A DNA stretch of 64,000 bases from Octopus vulgaris (taxonomy: Eukaryota). The stretch lies in contig OX597826.1 of NCBI GenBank assembly GCA_951406725.2, positions 79,794,001 through 79,858,000 on the forward strand. Direction: 5' to 3'. Position 1 is the first letter of the stretch. Each line of letters opens with the position of its first letter. The notes under the pieces are model-generated. The model searched no databases. It saw only the letters and a program-made list of their open reading frames with translations, and was not told where the DNA came from. The position numbers and the translations under genes are program-made. Positions 1-13,955 of this stretch are shown one piece after another.

Positions 1-40
<40 letters not shown>

Positions 41-163
41 AACACGTGAATATATATACATTTATATACATATGTATAAACACACACTACACATACACAC
101 ATATATGCATGTATACATAGAAATACACATCAACAAGTGCGTGTGTTGTATATAATGTATGGG

Positions 164-246
<83 letters not shown>

Positions 247-472
247 CTTTTAGTTTTTTGTTTCAGTCATTTGACTGCAGCCATGCTGGTGCACCGCATT
301 TAGTTGAACAAATCGACCCCCAGTACTTATTCTTTGTAAGCTTATTACTTATTATATCGACTCCTTTTGCCGAACCACTATGTCACAGGGACGTAAACAC
401 ACCAACATCGGTTGTCAAGCGATGGCGGGGGGAGATGAACAAACACATACATACATATACATATACATATAC

Positions 473-524
<52 letters not shown>

Positions 525-832
525 AGGCGCAATGGCCCAGTGGTTAGAGCAGCAGATTCGCGGTTTCGATTCCCAGACCGGGCGTTGTGAGTGTTTATTG
601 AGTGAAAACCCCTAAAAGCTCCACGAGGCTCCGGCAGAGGGTGGTGGCGATCCCTGCTGTATTCTTTCGCCACAACTCTCTCTCTCTCTCACTCTTTCTT
701 CTATTCGCCTGCTCACTTAGCCAGTGGGGTGGCGTCACTCGAAGGCTAAAACAATGCGAAGCACATTGTGACCAGCGATGTGTAGCAACATCGGTAAGCA
801 CGCTACTTACCACACAGCCACTCCTGCGCCTA
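247..832 (-). mobile_element. Abundant tRNA-headed SINE (family B), interrupted by a family A SINE
   Basis: 3' tail (rc ..tgcaccagcatggctgcagtcaaatgactgaaac) at 259-300, body at 300-450 and head remnant (ctacttaccacacagccac) at 795-832. The same sequence recurs at 8070-8575 and 43618-44040. Confidence 0.8.
522..792 (+). mobile_element. tRNA-derived SINE (family A)
   Basis: Head ggaggcgcaatggcccagtggttag..gtttcgattccc with A/B-box-like motifs; near-identical copies at 38954 and 48560. Confidence 0.85.
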
Positions 833-1169
833 TATATATATATATGTGTGTGTGTGTATGTATCTGTGATGTGCACGTATACTAAATATTTCACTCTCTC
901 TTCCTCTCTCTGTATATATATTTACATATACACCTACACCAACAAATAAACGTATACTTTATATATGTACACACACACACACGTGCACACACACGTGCAC
1001 ACACACACACGTGCACACACACACACGTGCACACACACACACACGTACACACTCACACATACGTGCACCCTCACACACATAGGATGAGTGAACAAAAGAT
1101 AGTAGGAGGCATTCAACACGTTTGGTTATAATTAGTATTTATATAAGAATTTGACTCAGCCCCACGTGG

Positions 1170-1268
1170 CTTGAAGTTTCGTGAGCGCGTAGGTGATGCC
1201 CAACTCATCAGACTGCCTCTTCAAAGATCTGATGAGATGGTCGTATCCTAGGCTCCCACGAAACATTT
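1170..1268. ncRNA. Divergent pair of degenerate hammerhead-like cores
   Basis: Minus strand: CTGATGA(1211-1205)-stem GT(T)GGGC/GCTCAC-GAAAC. Plus strand: CTGATGA(1229-1235)-G(A)TGG/CCAC-GAAAC(1260-1264). Stems I and III are poorly supported. Confidence 0.4.
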
Positions 1269-1735
1269 TTTAAATATATTTAATTATGCATGCGTGCACA
1301 TAGATGATGGTGAACCCTTCCATCTATTTCGAAATATGGTCGTACAATTCGTTCAACTACGTGACCTATTCTGTGAGTTAACACACAGAGTGGTTGGGTG
1401 TATCACAGACAGATATACACTAGCCATAATTTCCAGGCGGAATCAATTGGTCTCCGAGTGACAAGAAAGGCAGCTTTGGCTCACTGGTGCCGTCCCATTC
1501 GGCGAGCTATTTCACGGTTTGTTTCTACAGAATTTCACTCAATGATTAAAAGGTTAGACGTTGCAGGAAAGACTGATAAGAGAAATACAACATTTATAAA
1601 TTTCGTCACAAACACTGACTCTCAGCCGTGGATGCGGGATCAGTAATAATCATCCGAAGAATTTCTGTTCCCTCCTTTTTAATACAACTTTCTTGACTAC
1701 AACGAAAAAGTATATAAACATCGTCGTTTGTTCGT

Positions 1736-1795
<60 letters not shown>

Positions 1796-1811
1796 CCTCT
1801 TATATAGATAT

Positions 1812-1843
<32 letters not shown>

Positions 1844-1914
1844 AATACTATATACGTATTCGTTTATATGTATACGTCTATGTCCATATCCTTATATATA
1901 TGTGAATATATACG

Positions 1915-2033
<119 letters not shown>

Positions 2034-2114
2034 CATATTATATAGATATATAGATAGATAGATAAAATACTAGATACGTATTCATTTATATGTATCCGTC
2101 TTTATGCATATCCT

Positions 2115-2161
<47 letters not shown>

Positions 2162-2646
2162 GCAAGACGCCAATATAAAATTTATCCCACATTATCTAAA
2201 AATGCATTGTAAAAACATACTTTAAACTCTTTTCAGTTGAAAGACAGCGAAGCAGGTCGTAAAATATGATTATTGTTCTGCTGGAAAACCTCTTTTGGCT
2301 GCAGCACACATTAAAATTTACTCAGTAAAACTTTTTTTTATACTAAAACTTTTTTGTATACAAAAACCGTTTAGTACTGTGTGATTCGGTCGCTTATTTT
2401 TTTTGTGCGCAAAACTTATGATGTGAAAACATAAACTAAAATTTTTACAGTTCAGAATGTTATATGGAAACATTTATTACGTGAAACCATTTTGGTATTT
2501 TTATTTTCCTATACAAATAGACATAACATAATAAAATTTACTTGCTATGTTAAATAAAACCTATAAAATTCAGACAAACAAACACACACACACACACACA
2601 CACACGTCTCTGTGTAAATTTAGAACATCTTCAAACCTTTCATATT

Positions 2647-3043
2647 CTTTTCTACTCTAGGCACAAGGCCCAAATTTTTTGGAGGAGGGCGGTCAGTCGA
2701 TTAGTTCGACCCCAGTATGCAACTGGTACTTAATTTATCGATCCGGAAAGGATGAAAGGTAAAGTCGACCTCGGCGGGATTTGAACTCAGAACGTAGCGG
2801 CAGAAGAAATATCTATTTCTTTACTTCCCACAAGGGGCTAAACACAGAGGGGACAAACAAGGACAGACAAACGGATTAAGTCGATTACATGGACCCCAGT
2901 ACGTAACTGGTACTTAATTTATCGACCCCGAAAGAATGAAAGGTAAAGTCGACCTCGGCGGAATTTGAACTCAAAACGTAGACAGACGAAATACTACTAA
3001 GCATCTCGCCCAGCGTGCTAACGTTTCTGCCAGCTCGCCGCCT
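2647..3043 (-). mobile_element. Dimeric SINE (family C, MetaSINE-like central domain) with 17-bp TSD
   Basis: Two tandem copies of atcgaccccgaaaggatgaaaggtaaagtcgacctcggcggaatttgaactc, flanked by ttcaaacctttcatatt at 2630-2646 and 3044-3060. Confidence 0.85.
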
Positions 3044-3075
3044 TTCAAACCTTTCATATTGTTATTCTTTGCATT

Positions 3076-3260
3076 AAGGCGGCGAGCTGGCAGAAACGTT
3101 AGCACGCTGGGCGAAATGCTTAGCGATATTTCGTCTGTCTTTACGATCTATGTTCAAATTCCGCCAAGGTCGACTTTGCATTTCATCCTTTCGAGATCGA
3201 TGGGGTCGATCAAATCGACTGGCCTACCTCCCCCAAAATTTCGTGCCTTGAGTAGAAAAG
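3076..3260 (+). mobile_element. SINE family C, head-to-head with the preceding copy
   Basis: aaggcggcgagctggcagaaacgttagcacgctgggcga is the reverse complement of 3005-3043. Confidence 0.85.
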
Positions 3261-4014
3261 ATTATTTTTTTGTATTTATATACACTAGAGCGTGTGTTTT
3301 ATATTCTCAAAGCATGTAAGATTTATATACATTTTTGCGTATATGTACTTGATGAAAATAAAAAAAAAGAAACGAAAACTTGTTATTTATTTTCTATCAG
3401 TTAATTTGAACGCTTTTCGTGCAATTTGCACACAAAAACACACCAGTTTTCCTTCATACGTATATACGCTTTATTTGTCCATCCATTTTCATAACTAAAA
3501 CTTTGATGAGCAAAGGATCGCAACTCATACAGTCCAATGCCCAAATTTCAGGATTAATTCAAGGTGATAATGTATTGAATATTCTATCAAATAATCTTTT
3601 ATCTAACTGAATTTTGTCATTATTGGCGAAAGTAAACTTAAATACTTCGTTAATTTTTGGTATTAACAGAAGTGGACAGACAAGGAATTTAGTATTCATT
3701 TCGCAAAGTGAATATGCATCTTTAGGAAAAGAGAAGTTCGATCTTTGTTTACAGGTAAGAGATATCTTTCGGGCCATTAGAACTCATCGTCATCGTCATG
3801 GTATAGCTTACTCGAGCCAACTTGTCACAACGACGGACATTTTTACAAATACATTTGTTCTCGGACGTTCTCGGACGTCCTCGTTTTCCGTGGTCCGTCC
3901 CAGTGCTCCGAAAGATAACCGCCAGGCGAGTGATTTACCCGGTCTAAAAACTTCATTCTAATTTTAAAAAAAAGTTTACGCGAATACCTCCCAGCTTGTT
4001 TTTGTCTTTTCTTT

Positions 4015-4390
4015 TATCTTCTATTTGTTTCAGTCACTGAATTGCGGCCATGCTAGGGCACCGCTTTGAACAGTTTAGTCAAATAAATCAAATCAAGTAG
4101 TTATTGTTTTTTTTAAGATTTGGTATTTATTCTATCGCTCGTTTTGGCTAAATAGCGAAATCACTGGTTATCTAGGGTTAGTGGGGGAGACACGCACACA
4201 CACACACACACACAAGCTCACACATATACGTCGAGCTTCCGCACAATTTCCGCTTAATAAATTCATACACTCACAAGGTATTTGTGGGCCCGGGGCCATA
4301 ATAGAAGACACTTGCATAAAACAGTGTGTTGTGGAACTGAACCTGAATCCACGTGGCTGGAAAGTGTGCTTGTTAGCCATACTGCCATGG
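4015..4390 (-). mobile_element. Diverged SINE family B
   Basis: gtttcagtcactgaattgcggccatgctagggcaccgc tail and agaagacacttgc body. Confidence 0.7.
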
Positions 4391-4689
4391 CCGGAAATGT
4401 TTTTTCAAACGCTTGGTTTCCACAGAGCTTTTCACGTATAAAAAGTCAATATTTACTTTTCGTTCGATTTGTTCACTCGATTTTGATTCTCACTGACAAA
4501 CACAACAAACAAAACATTTATTTATGAATAGCGCTTTGTAACAAAGACTGCTTCATAATCACATGGTTTCTGGTTCAAGCCCACAGGGTGGCACTGTGAG
4601 CAAGTCTTTTCCATCACACTTCAGAAACACATGGTTAGCAGTCCTGTCCCACAGTGTGGAAGCTGTTGGCTGGTATCCTATACTATAAC

Positions 4690-4915
4690 TATCTATTTCT
4701 TTACTACTCACAAGGGGCTAAACACAGAGGGGACAGATAAACGGATTAAGTCGATTACATCGACACCAGTGCGTAACTGGTACTTATTTAATCGACCCCG
4801 AAAGGATGAAAGGCAAAGTCGATCTCGGCGGAATTTGAACTCAGAAGTAACGCAGACGAAATACGGCTACGCATTTCGCCCGGCGTGCTAACGATTCTGC
4901 CAGCTTGCCGCCTCC
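4690..4915 (-). mobile_element. SINE family C
   Basis: Matches 2812-3043. Confidence 0.85.
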
Positions 4916-5615
4916 TATACTAAAACTATCTGTCGACCATACAAGATTTGAACTCGGCATCCTTGCATCTAAAAATGAAGCTGCCTTGCCAACAATTAGC
5001 GTTTTTGGCTGAATCAGACCTCGATAGTCTTTGCCAACCAATAATTTCATAACATTGGCCAAAAATTTCAATTAAGTATAACACCAGTAATCAGTCACGT
5101 GCTTTGTTATGTTCCTAAACAATGCAATTTTAACCATTTAAGTTTTGTTGATTTTTCTCAATAATTGGGCGAACAAAGAACACCTCTGATTACCAATGAT
5201 ACAAAGCATAAGGCACACACACACACACACACAAACGTTTTGAGTATGTAAAACTGAGATGGTTTCTCTGCTTCAATATTCTATTAGAGCAACCCGATGT
5301 GTAAAGAATTATGAATAATTTTGAGCCATTATTAAAAAACAGAATACCATCTACGGGAAAGAACTCAAGTGGACCAATGACATAATTTTGTTATAAATAA
5401 GTTAAACGGTATTTGGAGAAATTCCTCAGCAGAATAAATACCAGACGAATAACCGACGATTGCAGACATTTAAGCCAACACCAACTCCCTACTCGATGTG
5501 GTACGGTGTCGCTAAACACGATATAAAAGACGACAGTGTTCACACACACTCACACATACACATACACACACACATACATTCAGACATACATACATACAAA
5601 CATACATAGACACAA

Positions 5616-5650
<35 letters not shown>

Positions 5651-6048
5651 TACATACATACACACACACACACATACATACATACATACATACATACGTA
5701 AATATTTACAAACATACATACATATATACAAACATACATACATACATACAAACATACATACATACAAACATACATACATACATACATACATACATACACA
5801 CATACATACATACAAACATACATACATACATACATACACACATACATACATACAATATGAGGGGTTTGGTTCACTGGTGATCTAAACGTATAGGTACGCT
5901 GTGTAAGTGCTATAATTAGTCATCTCTTAGGTTCCAGTTTCGTAGCTGAGGCTGGAACTAGGGATCCGAATTACGTTTCCGTGTTAGTAGGTATACATAC
6001 ATACATACATACATACATACATACATACATACACATACATACATATAC

Positions 6049-6117
<69 letters not shown>

Positions 6118-6123
6118 ATTCTT

Positions 6124-6243
6124 TTACAAGAACAGAGTTGACAGTGATATTTCGAAGTTTCGACCGGGTTAGCCCACGTCAGACAACCCGATCAAGACTA
6201 AGCAGACCGAAACTTCGACGTCACTGTCAACACTTCTTGTCAA
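6124..6243. repeat. Imperfect inverted repeat enclosing two degenerate hammerhead-like cores
   Basis: gttgacagtga..tcgaagtttcg pairs with cgaaacttcga..tcactgtcaac. Confidence 0.7.
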
Positions 6244-6356
6244 GATTATAATAGATATGTACTCAACAAAGAGTACTCGGGTACCTTTCAGTTTAGATGA
6301 AAATTGCTTTTATTGTAACTCGACATAAAGACAAACATTGGTATATATTCATAATA

Positions 6357-6448
6357 CGGTAATCCCTCGACTATCGCGTGTGTTACGCTCCAAAACCCCA
6401 CCGCAATAGGTGAAAATACGCGAAGTTGAAACAACACTGTGCTGTATA

Positions 6449-6507
<59 letters not shown>

Positions 6508-6642
6508 GCATATATATATATATATATATATATTTTATTATAAATGCAAAACACCACCACGGAGGAATCGACGTAAGCTGAAATAATAAACCGCGATAGG
6601 TGAACTGCGATACGCGAACCGCAATATGGCGAGGGATTACTG
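6357..6642. mobile_element. Tc1/mariner-superfamily (pogo/Tigger-like) MITE
   Basis: TIRs cggtaatccctcg / cgagggattactg, each flanked by TA; internal (TTA)n and (TA)n. Confidence 0.8.
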
Positions 6643-7059
6643 TACGTGCTTTGTATTGTACATACAAAAGAAAATGCATACACGCATGCTTACACACGTA
6701 CATGTATACACACACACACACGCACACACACATTCGTGTATGCATACAAATGTTTATACATACTCACAAAGATGAAATTATTCCTAAATCAGAATCTAAA
6801 ATTGTAAATACATGATGAAAACATTTAGTTGAAGATACACTGCCTTTGATTAATATGCGGAATGGTCATGGTTGGAGCAATTTTCATCATAAGTCTGTTC
6901 AATAAAACTGATAAATAACAACAAAAGCAACGCCACCATATATTTACACGTATACACACCGAAATACTTGTATATATACATACAAAAATACATAAAGGTT
7001 TGGTTATATGAAGTTCAAAGTGAACGGTGTACAAAGACCTCTTTTAAAAGATATGACAT

Positions 7060-7925
7060 CATCAGTGGTTCCAAAACAACGGAACTGAAAATCGCCTGGG
7101 AAACACCTGATAGCCAGATTATAGGGAAGCCCTCGTGAAACGATACGGAAAAACAAAACAATGCAAGCTAAGCCTCATTCGCGTCTAAGATCTAAGAAAC
7201 ACATGAGCCCATAGAATGTTATAAATGTTATAAATAAACAATACAGTCATTGCGAAACAAACCCTGTGGTTGCTGACGAGCAGGCAATAGGCAGAAAGAG
7301 GGTTTTGAGTTTTACCTAACGGCTGCTCAACAACATGGCTGTTCTTAAAGAAGTTAAGTAGCATCACCGAAGTATAATGACTGTATCGTTAGATTATGAA
7401 GACACTTGACACTGTCCCTTAATCGTACATACTGGAGTCAGTGTCCCTTGACAAACTTCTACCTACTATAGTAAATTTCATGAATGACTGACTGTGGCCT
7501 TCACAGATACCAATAAGGATTGAGACAATTACTACAGTCGCAAATAGAATTCGGTTATCAGTGGGAATAGGCTACGGTGTCAACGCGTTTTTAAAGTTTT
7601 TCGTCCTTGTAGTGAATTCTTTGCCAGACATATTGAAGAGGCACCAAAGCACTTATGATATCCATAGAATATTATACAATGGTACATATCCCACAAATTA
7701 GGGGACATCAGCTTTGCAGGAAGAACAGCTTCTCCTGGACATGAAATAGATACACTAAAAAAAAAAGGATATACCCTCGCTATTCAGTAACAGGAAATAA
7801 CTACTGAAAGACTGGTCAATAAAAGAGATAAGAATACCAGCAAACTGCCTCGTTCTGATGTAAAATGTCGATCGTGCCATATCTGCGTCGGAGATACCAC
7901 CCACGTCACCGTCATCAACAACTGG
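7060..7925 (+). pseudogene. Decayed R4/Dong-type (RLE) non-LTR retrotransposon: RT and zinc-knuckle remnants
   Basis: Manual translation gives LLNNMAVLKEVK*HHRSIMTVSLDYE (RT region before the DYxKAFD motif) and QEITTERLVNKRD...KCRSCHICVGDTTHV (CCHC knuckle), with many stops and deletions. Confidence 0.65.
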
Positions 7926-8069
7926 GTAAAGTTTCCTGAGACAGGCTTTGTTAAAACTAATTTTAAAGGATCCCCACAGGAAGGATTATTTAGACAGCCA
8001 TACGAAAGGGGACACTTTTGTATGCCCATCACTCTTGTATCCACAGATTGGAAATTAAGAAACAGTATA

Positions 8070-8323
8070 CTCTCTTACTATTCTACTTGTTTCAGTCATT
8101 TGACTGCGGCCATGCTGGAGCACCGCCTTTAGTCGAAGAAATGGACCCCACGACTTATTCTTCGCAAGCTTTGTACTTATTCTATCGGTCTCTTTTGCCG
8201 AACCGCTAAGTTACGGAGACGTAAACACACCAACATCGGTTGTCAAGAGATGTTAGGGACAAACACAGACACAAACATATACATGCATATATATGTATAT
8301 ATATATATATATATAATATATGT

Positions 8324-8358
<35 letters not shown>

Positions 8359-8575
8359 ATATATATATAATACACACACACACATACACATTCACACACA
8401 TATATATACACGATGAGCTTCTTTCAGTTTCTGTCTACCAAATCCACTCACAAGTCTTTGTTCGGCCCAAGGCTATGGTAGAAGACACTTGCCTAAGGCG
8501 CCACACAGAGGGACTGAACCCGGAGCCATGTGGTTGGTAAGCAAGCTACTTACCACACAGCCACGCCTGCGCCTA
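8070..8575 (-). mobile_element. Full-length SINE family B with internal TA/CA microsatellite
   Basis: Head rc ggcgcaggcgtggctgtgtggtaagtagcttgc..ggttcagtccc; tail ggcggtgctccagcatggccgcagtcaaatgactgaaac. Confidence 0.9.
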
Positions 8576-9572
8576 AAGATTCTAGTGAAAAACCCAGCTC
8601 GATGCAAAAATAATCAAATCTGTCACAGTTCTACGCGACCGAGTACAAAAGTTATGCTCTGTTGTAGAGGGGAACTGTTCAGAATAAGCGGTTGAAAAAC
8701 AGAACGGTTGAGGTGAACTCATGCAGAAGTTACTGTTCTTACCTGTCTGATTATGAATTCTCATTTGTACTTATTGACATACGTATGCTGAGCTATTTAA
8801 CAGGATTTCCATAAAAAAGAAACCTGGAAAACCCTGGAAATACTTGGAGATTGGAAAGAAGAAAACAGACTGCCCCACATGATCCAAGTCCAATCAATTA
8901 GCTGTGCAGAGAAGATGGGAAAACTATTTCTTAGATTTAGACACTTGATTCGATTTTTCTTGAACGAATATATACACGCCGTCACATAATTGAACATAGC
9001 ACCCATATACACACTCAGAAATCACGATGCCACGCTCTGGGATAAAACCTAGGATCGCCTGCGGTCTAAAGGAACTCTTTTGCCACGTGGCTACACCTGC
9101 ATCCCTATATCGCATAAATAGTGGTGAAATAGAGAAATATTGGTATGAATAGGAAAATTTTTTCCATTATTTGTAGACTATCGACAACTGTGTCAATCCT
9201 CATTTTGCCAAAACATTGAAAAGCTTATTACACGTTATGGTTTTCAACTCGTTTTTGTTGCAGCTTTCAATGCTCATTAGTGGTCATAGATGTATAGATA
9301 CAAACTTCTAGTCCAAGCCACGTATAATTCTAAAAGCAGTTCGATCTATTGATTGACTACAAATTCACGTGTGGACACATAGCTAACTAACAAGCTAGAT
9401 TGCTTTTCATACAGAGAATAGCAGTGAAACATATCTTTCACTCTCTTTCTCTCTCTCTCTCTCTTTCATACAAAGGTGTGTATATGTTTGTCAGTGTACA
9501 CACTCACATGCTCTCTCCCTCTCCCAACACACACAAACGCACACACATATATACATACATACAAGACATAAC

Positions 9573-9628
<56 letters not shown>

Positions 9629-11006
9629 GACTGCTACTATGTGAGTATATGTAAAGCCCAAGTCTTCCTGCTTGTGCAATTCACATAGACATAATATCAT
9701 AGCATCGACTACCTGTAGAGATGTTGTTTACAACCAATAAGTCAACCAGTTACTCAGACAAACTAAGACCGTGTTGCCTGGCTCTAAGCACGTCTGTCTA
9801 CAATATAACTCATGATGTTTATTTAAGCATATCAACCTATATTGTCTCAGTACAGTAGTTTGAAGATATTAAAGAAACATTTAAGGCGTTCATTACTTCT
9901 TGGCGGTGCATAATCTTCCTTTCTGTGTCTGATCCTGACCGACTTCTAAACCATTCCACAGCTACACATAATTCTTGGCTAAATGTTTAATCGTCTTTAG
10001 ATCAACAGGCTCTGACAAAATGAATAGTTGCTGGACTGTTTGCATGTTTCGGATAGTAATTCGTTATACGTAGATGTATCAACGTAGTCAACAAACTTTT
10101 GCACCGGGATTTTCTGCAATCGGATGAGCCATCCATTGTATCATTACTGTGGAACCTGGATGCAATGGGAGTTTGACAACCAAGAACAGCGGAGAACAAT
10201 ACTTGGGACTTTTTCTACAAACAATATTTACTTCTACTCGAGAATGCGAACTCTATGGCTTTTAGAAACCCTGGAAACATCCTTGACAACGAGAAAACAC
10301 CTCACCTTCTGATTTTCCTACCTACCTACATATATGTAATCATTGGTTCATTCCTTTCTTCTTTTTTAGTATAAATGGAGCAACAGTTATATTATTCCTT
10401 AGTCTTCCTCTTTCTTTCAAAAGTATCGTTAGAAGTATGTGATCCAAGAATTAATATTATTCGTGTTTTTGATAATGTTTGATGCGAGTTCCATATCTTT
10501 GGATTTGCTTGTTTCTCTATATGTATATTTACGGTTACAGCATAGAGTGGTGCAACAAGACACGGGCAATCAACAGATTATATCAATCTTGTTACTGTTG
10601 TCATTTTATGTAAAGAAGGAAGATATGGAGAGAGAGAGAGAGAAAGAAAGGAAGATAGTGAAAAGGTAGCCATCGAATGTTTTAGAAATACATAGAAACA
10701 AATATGAATGCATCCAAATTTCAATGAATTTTCTTTTTACGATTAAATGCAAAGTTTCGAGTATGTTATGAAACTGTTCCATCATTAGCATTATTTTCAT
10801 TTGTGCCAGTTACATTTCGTTTGTGTGAACATTGCAAAGATATGAACGAGCTGCGCACACGTGGTCCTTCCGTCAACTTTCTGAACCAAAGTCTGTGAGT
10901 ACAGCAAGGTACAATGTCCTGACCATTAAAAGTCGTTGATGTGATGGTTGACCCGTTCGCATTTCCTTACATAAGTACCTTGGTTATTGGTTCATTACAG
11001 ATTTAA

Positions 11007-11325
11007 GGGATCACTCCGTCCGTTACGAGAGTCCCAGCAGATACGATCAACGGAACAGCTTGCTCGTGAAATTAACGTGCAAGTGGCTGAGCACTCCACA
11101 GACACGTGTACCTCTAACGTAGTTCTCAGGTAGATTCAGCGACACACAGAGTGAGACAAGGTTGGCCCTTTGAAATACGGGTACTACTCACTTTTGCCAG
11201 CTGAGTGGACTGGAGCATCGTGAAGCAAAGTGTCTTGCTCAAGGACACAACGCGTCGATGGGAATCGAACTCACGACATTACGATCGTGAGTCGAATGCC
11301 CCAACCACTAAGCCACGCGCCTTCA
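11007..11325 (-). mobile_element. tRNA-derived SINE (family D) with 14-bp TSD
   Basis: Head rc tgaaggcgcgtggcttagtggtt..gagttcgattccc, then gtgtccttgagcaagacac; TSD cattacagatttaa at 10993-11006 and 11326-11339. Confidence 0.9.
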
Positions 11326-11571
11326 CATTACAGATTTAATAAAAGGTAGGAAAGTTCCTTAAAATAATTTCCGCCCTTATTTGTTCTTCTGGTATTGTTT
11401 ATGCATTTAATATTTCTCTCTGGTTCCATAACCGTGGACCAGTCTTCTTTCTCTATGTTGACAGTCTTCGGCATTGAGTAAGGAGAGACGGTATAGAAGA
11501 TGGTAGATTAGTTAGTTATGCTGTCTAAGTAATCGTTCCTTTTAAACGTTAGGAGTAAGAAAGGAGAAAGA

Positions 11572-11622
11572 AAACTTATTCACGTATTTCTATCTACTGG
11601 ATAGAAATACGTGAATAAGTTT
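11572..11622. repeat. Perfect 23-bp inverted repeat with 5-nt loop
   Basis: aaacttattcacgtatttctatc-tactg-gatagaaatacgtgaataagttt. Confidence 0.9.
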
Positions 11623-12293
11623 CTGTGTTCGCGCGTGTTTGTGAGTGAGTGAGTGAGAGAGAGAAACAGAGGGAGGGCGTAGGATATTTTTAGGCGGAAG
11701 GGGCAAACGGAAGTTAACAGAGATTGATATAAAGGTAGCACGGAGCCGTCTGTGGGACCCTTTCACCGGAAGGTCCAGTACTGTGGATAGATGATAGCTC
11801 TAAAAACTACATGACGACAAACACAAATACACATAAACGAAGACAAGATACACACAACAATATATACACTCGTACGCAGGCGAAACCGAGTGCGAATATG
11901 AGCGTTTTATATTCAAATAGCCCTGATTAAGCACAACGATGATGTAACCTTTCGAACAATTAAACCGTAAATAATTTATTATATATCGTTTAGACACTTG
12001 TGTAACAAGAAAAAGCGTGAAATGAGGGAGATTTCGCTTCTGTCTCTAACAGATCATACAGCCACATAAAAACTTATACAAGGCACTCTGTGTTGTAATC
12101 AGTAAGGCAGACGCCTATCAATAGAAAATGTTTCTCTGCCTCTGATAGAATGTGTTTGTGTTTGAAACTATGACCGGTGCTTATGTTTGTGTGTTGGCAA
12201 TGTATACTCTCAGATATACAAAATGAGAATTTGAAACAGAAAAGTAGTAAGAAACGAGACTGCATCACCAAGTACATACGCGAGCACGCACAA

Positions 12294-12336
<43 letters not shown>

Positions 12337-12361
12337 CCACACACGTATGTATATATATATA

Positions 12362-12433
<72 letters not shown>

Positions 12434-12596
12434 CACACGTACAAACACGCATATATATATATATACCTATATACACAGATATACACGTACATAAACGTAC
12501 ATAAACTTACATATTATATATATATATGTATATATGCATATGTATATATACATATATATGTATATATATAAAAGCATGCATACATACATACATACA

Positions 12597-12642
<46 letters not shown>

Positions 12643-12713
12643 AGGACATACAACCACACATACACACACACATATATATATATATATACATACACATACA
12701 ACCACACATTCAC

Positions 12714-12745
<32 letters not shown>

Positions 12746-12872
12746 CGTGTATATAGCTATACATGTATACATACCGATATATCACATTCATGTGATATAA
12801 ATTATCCCACATGTGTAAATATATAGCATTGATAACGTACTAAACTTACAAAGGGACTCTTCCACACACACA

Positions 12873-12998
<126 letters not shown>

Positions 12999-13627
12999 TA
13001 CTACTTCTTCAACAATAACATTTGAAAGTAAACTCAAATGTCCTGAAATAAGAAAAACTAGCTGAGTGTAGGATCTAATTTAGCAACCCGTAGTCGAACA
13101 ATTATTTCTCGATTGTAGCGTTTAATTAACAATTAGAAATCCATTGTATCTTAATAAGTCTACTGCTTGATGTTCTTTCATTTGCTAAACTGAATTTTGC
13201 TGTGGATGAAGAGAAAATTACTAGCCGTAGCCAGGATTTGAAAGTGGTTCATAATGCGACCATAGACCGGTGCTCTATAACTGTTCTACCGTATCGGCTA
13301 ACGATTGCTGTACTCTCATGCAATGCGGACATCATCGAATCAACAAGTGAATTTTCTGTTTACAGTGTGCCCTGTACCTCTAGGTGGATGTGCGTATGTA
13401 TGCCTAGAAATGCAAACGTATGACTGTGTATGTGTATGTCTGTCTGTTTATTCAGTGTGAGTATGCATATATGAATATTTGTATATTTATATATGTATGT
13501 ATATACGCGGGTTTCTCTGTCCGATGTAAGTGGTTACGTCTCAGAATTCGCACCGGTCACTTTCGAAGTGTCAAGTTTCATTTTTCTTTTCCGCTTCAAG
13601 ACAATTCTAGGCGTGTGTGTCATTTGC

Positions 13628-13666
<39 letters not shown>

Positions 13667-13802
13667 TCTGTTCATCTTAGGAAACTTTATATTTGTAAAT
13701 CAGTATTTCTATAAAGTTAACGCACTTCGCACTTCTTGTACATGTGCACGTGTGCGAGTGTGGCAGCACACGCATGAGATTCATATGTTAATATTTATAT
13801 AT

Positions 13803-13866
<64 letters not shown>

Positions 13867-13908
13867 GTATTTACACACACACAGATATATATTTGCATAT
13901 ATATATAT

Positions 13909-13955
<47 letters not shown>

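Noticed and set aside
8743-8901. Minus-strand 159-nt exon candidate with good acceptor and GTAAG donor
   Set aside because: Stops in all three frames; could only be a non-coding exon, for which there is no evidence.
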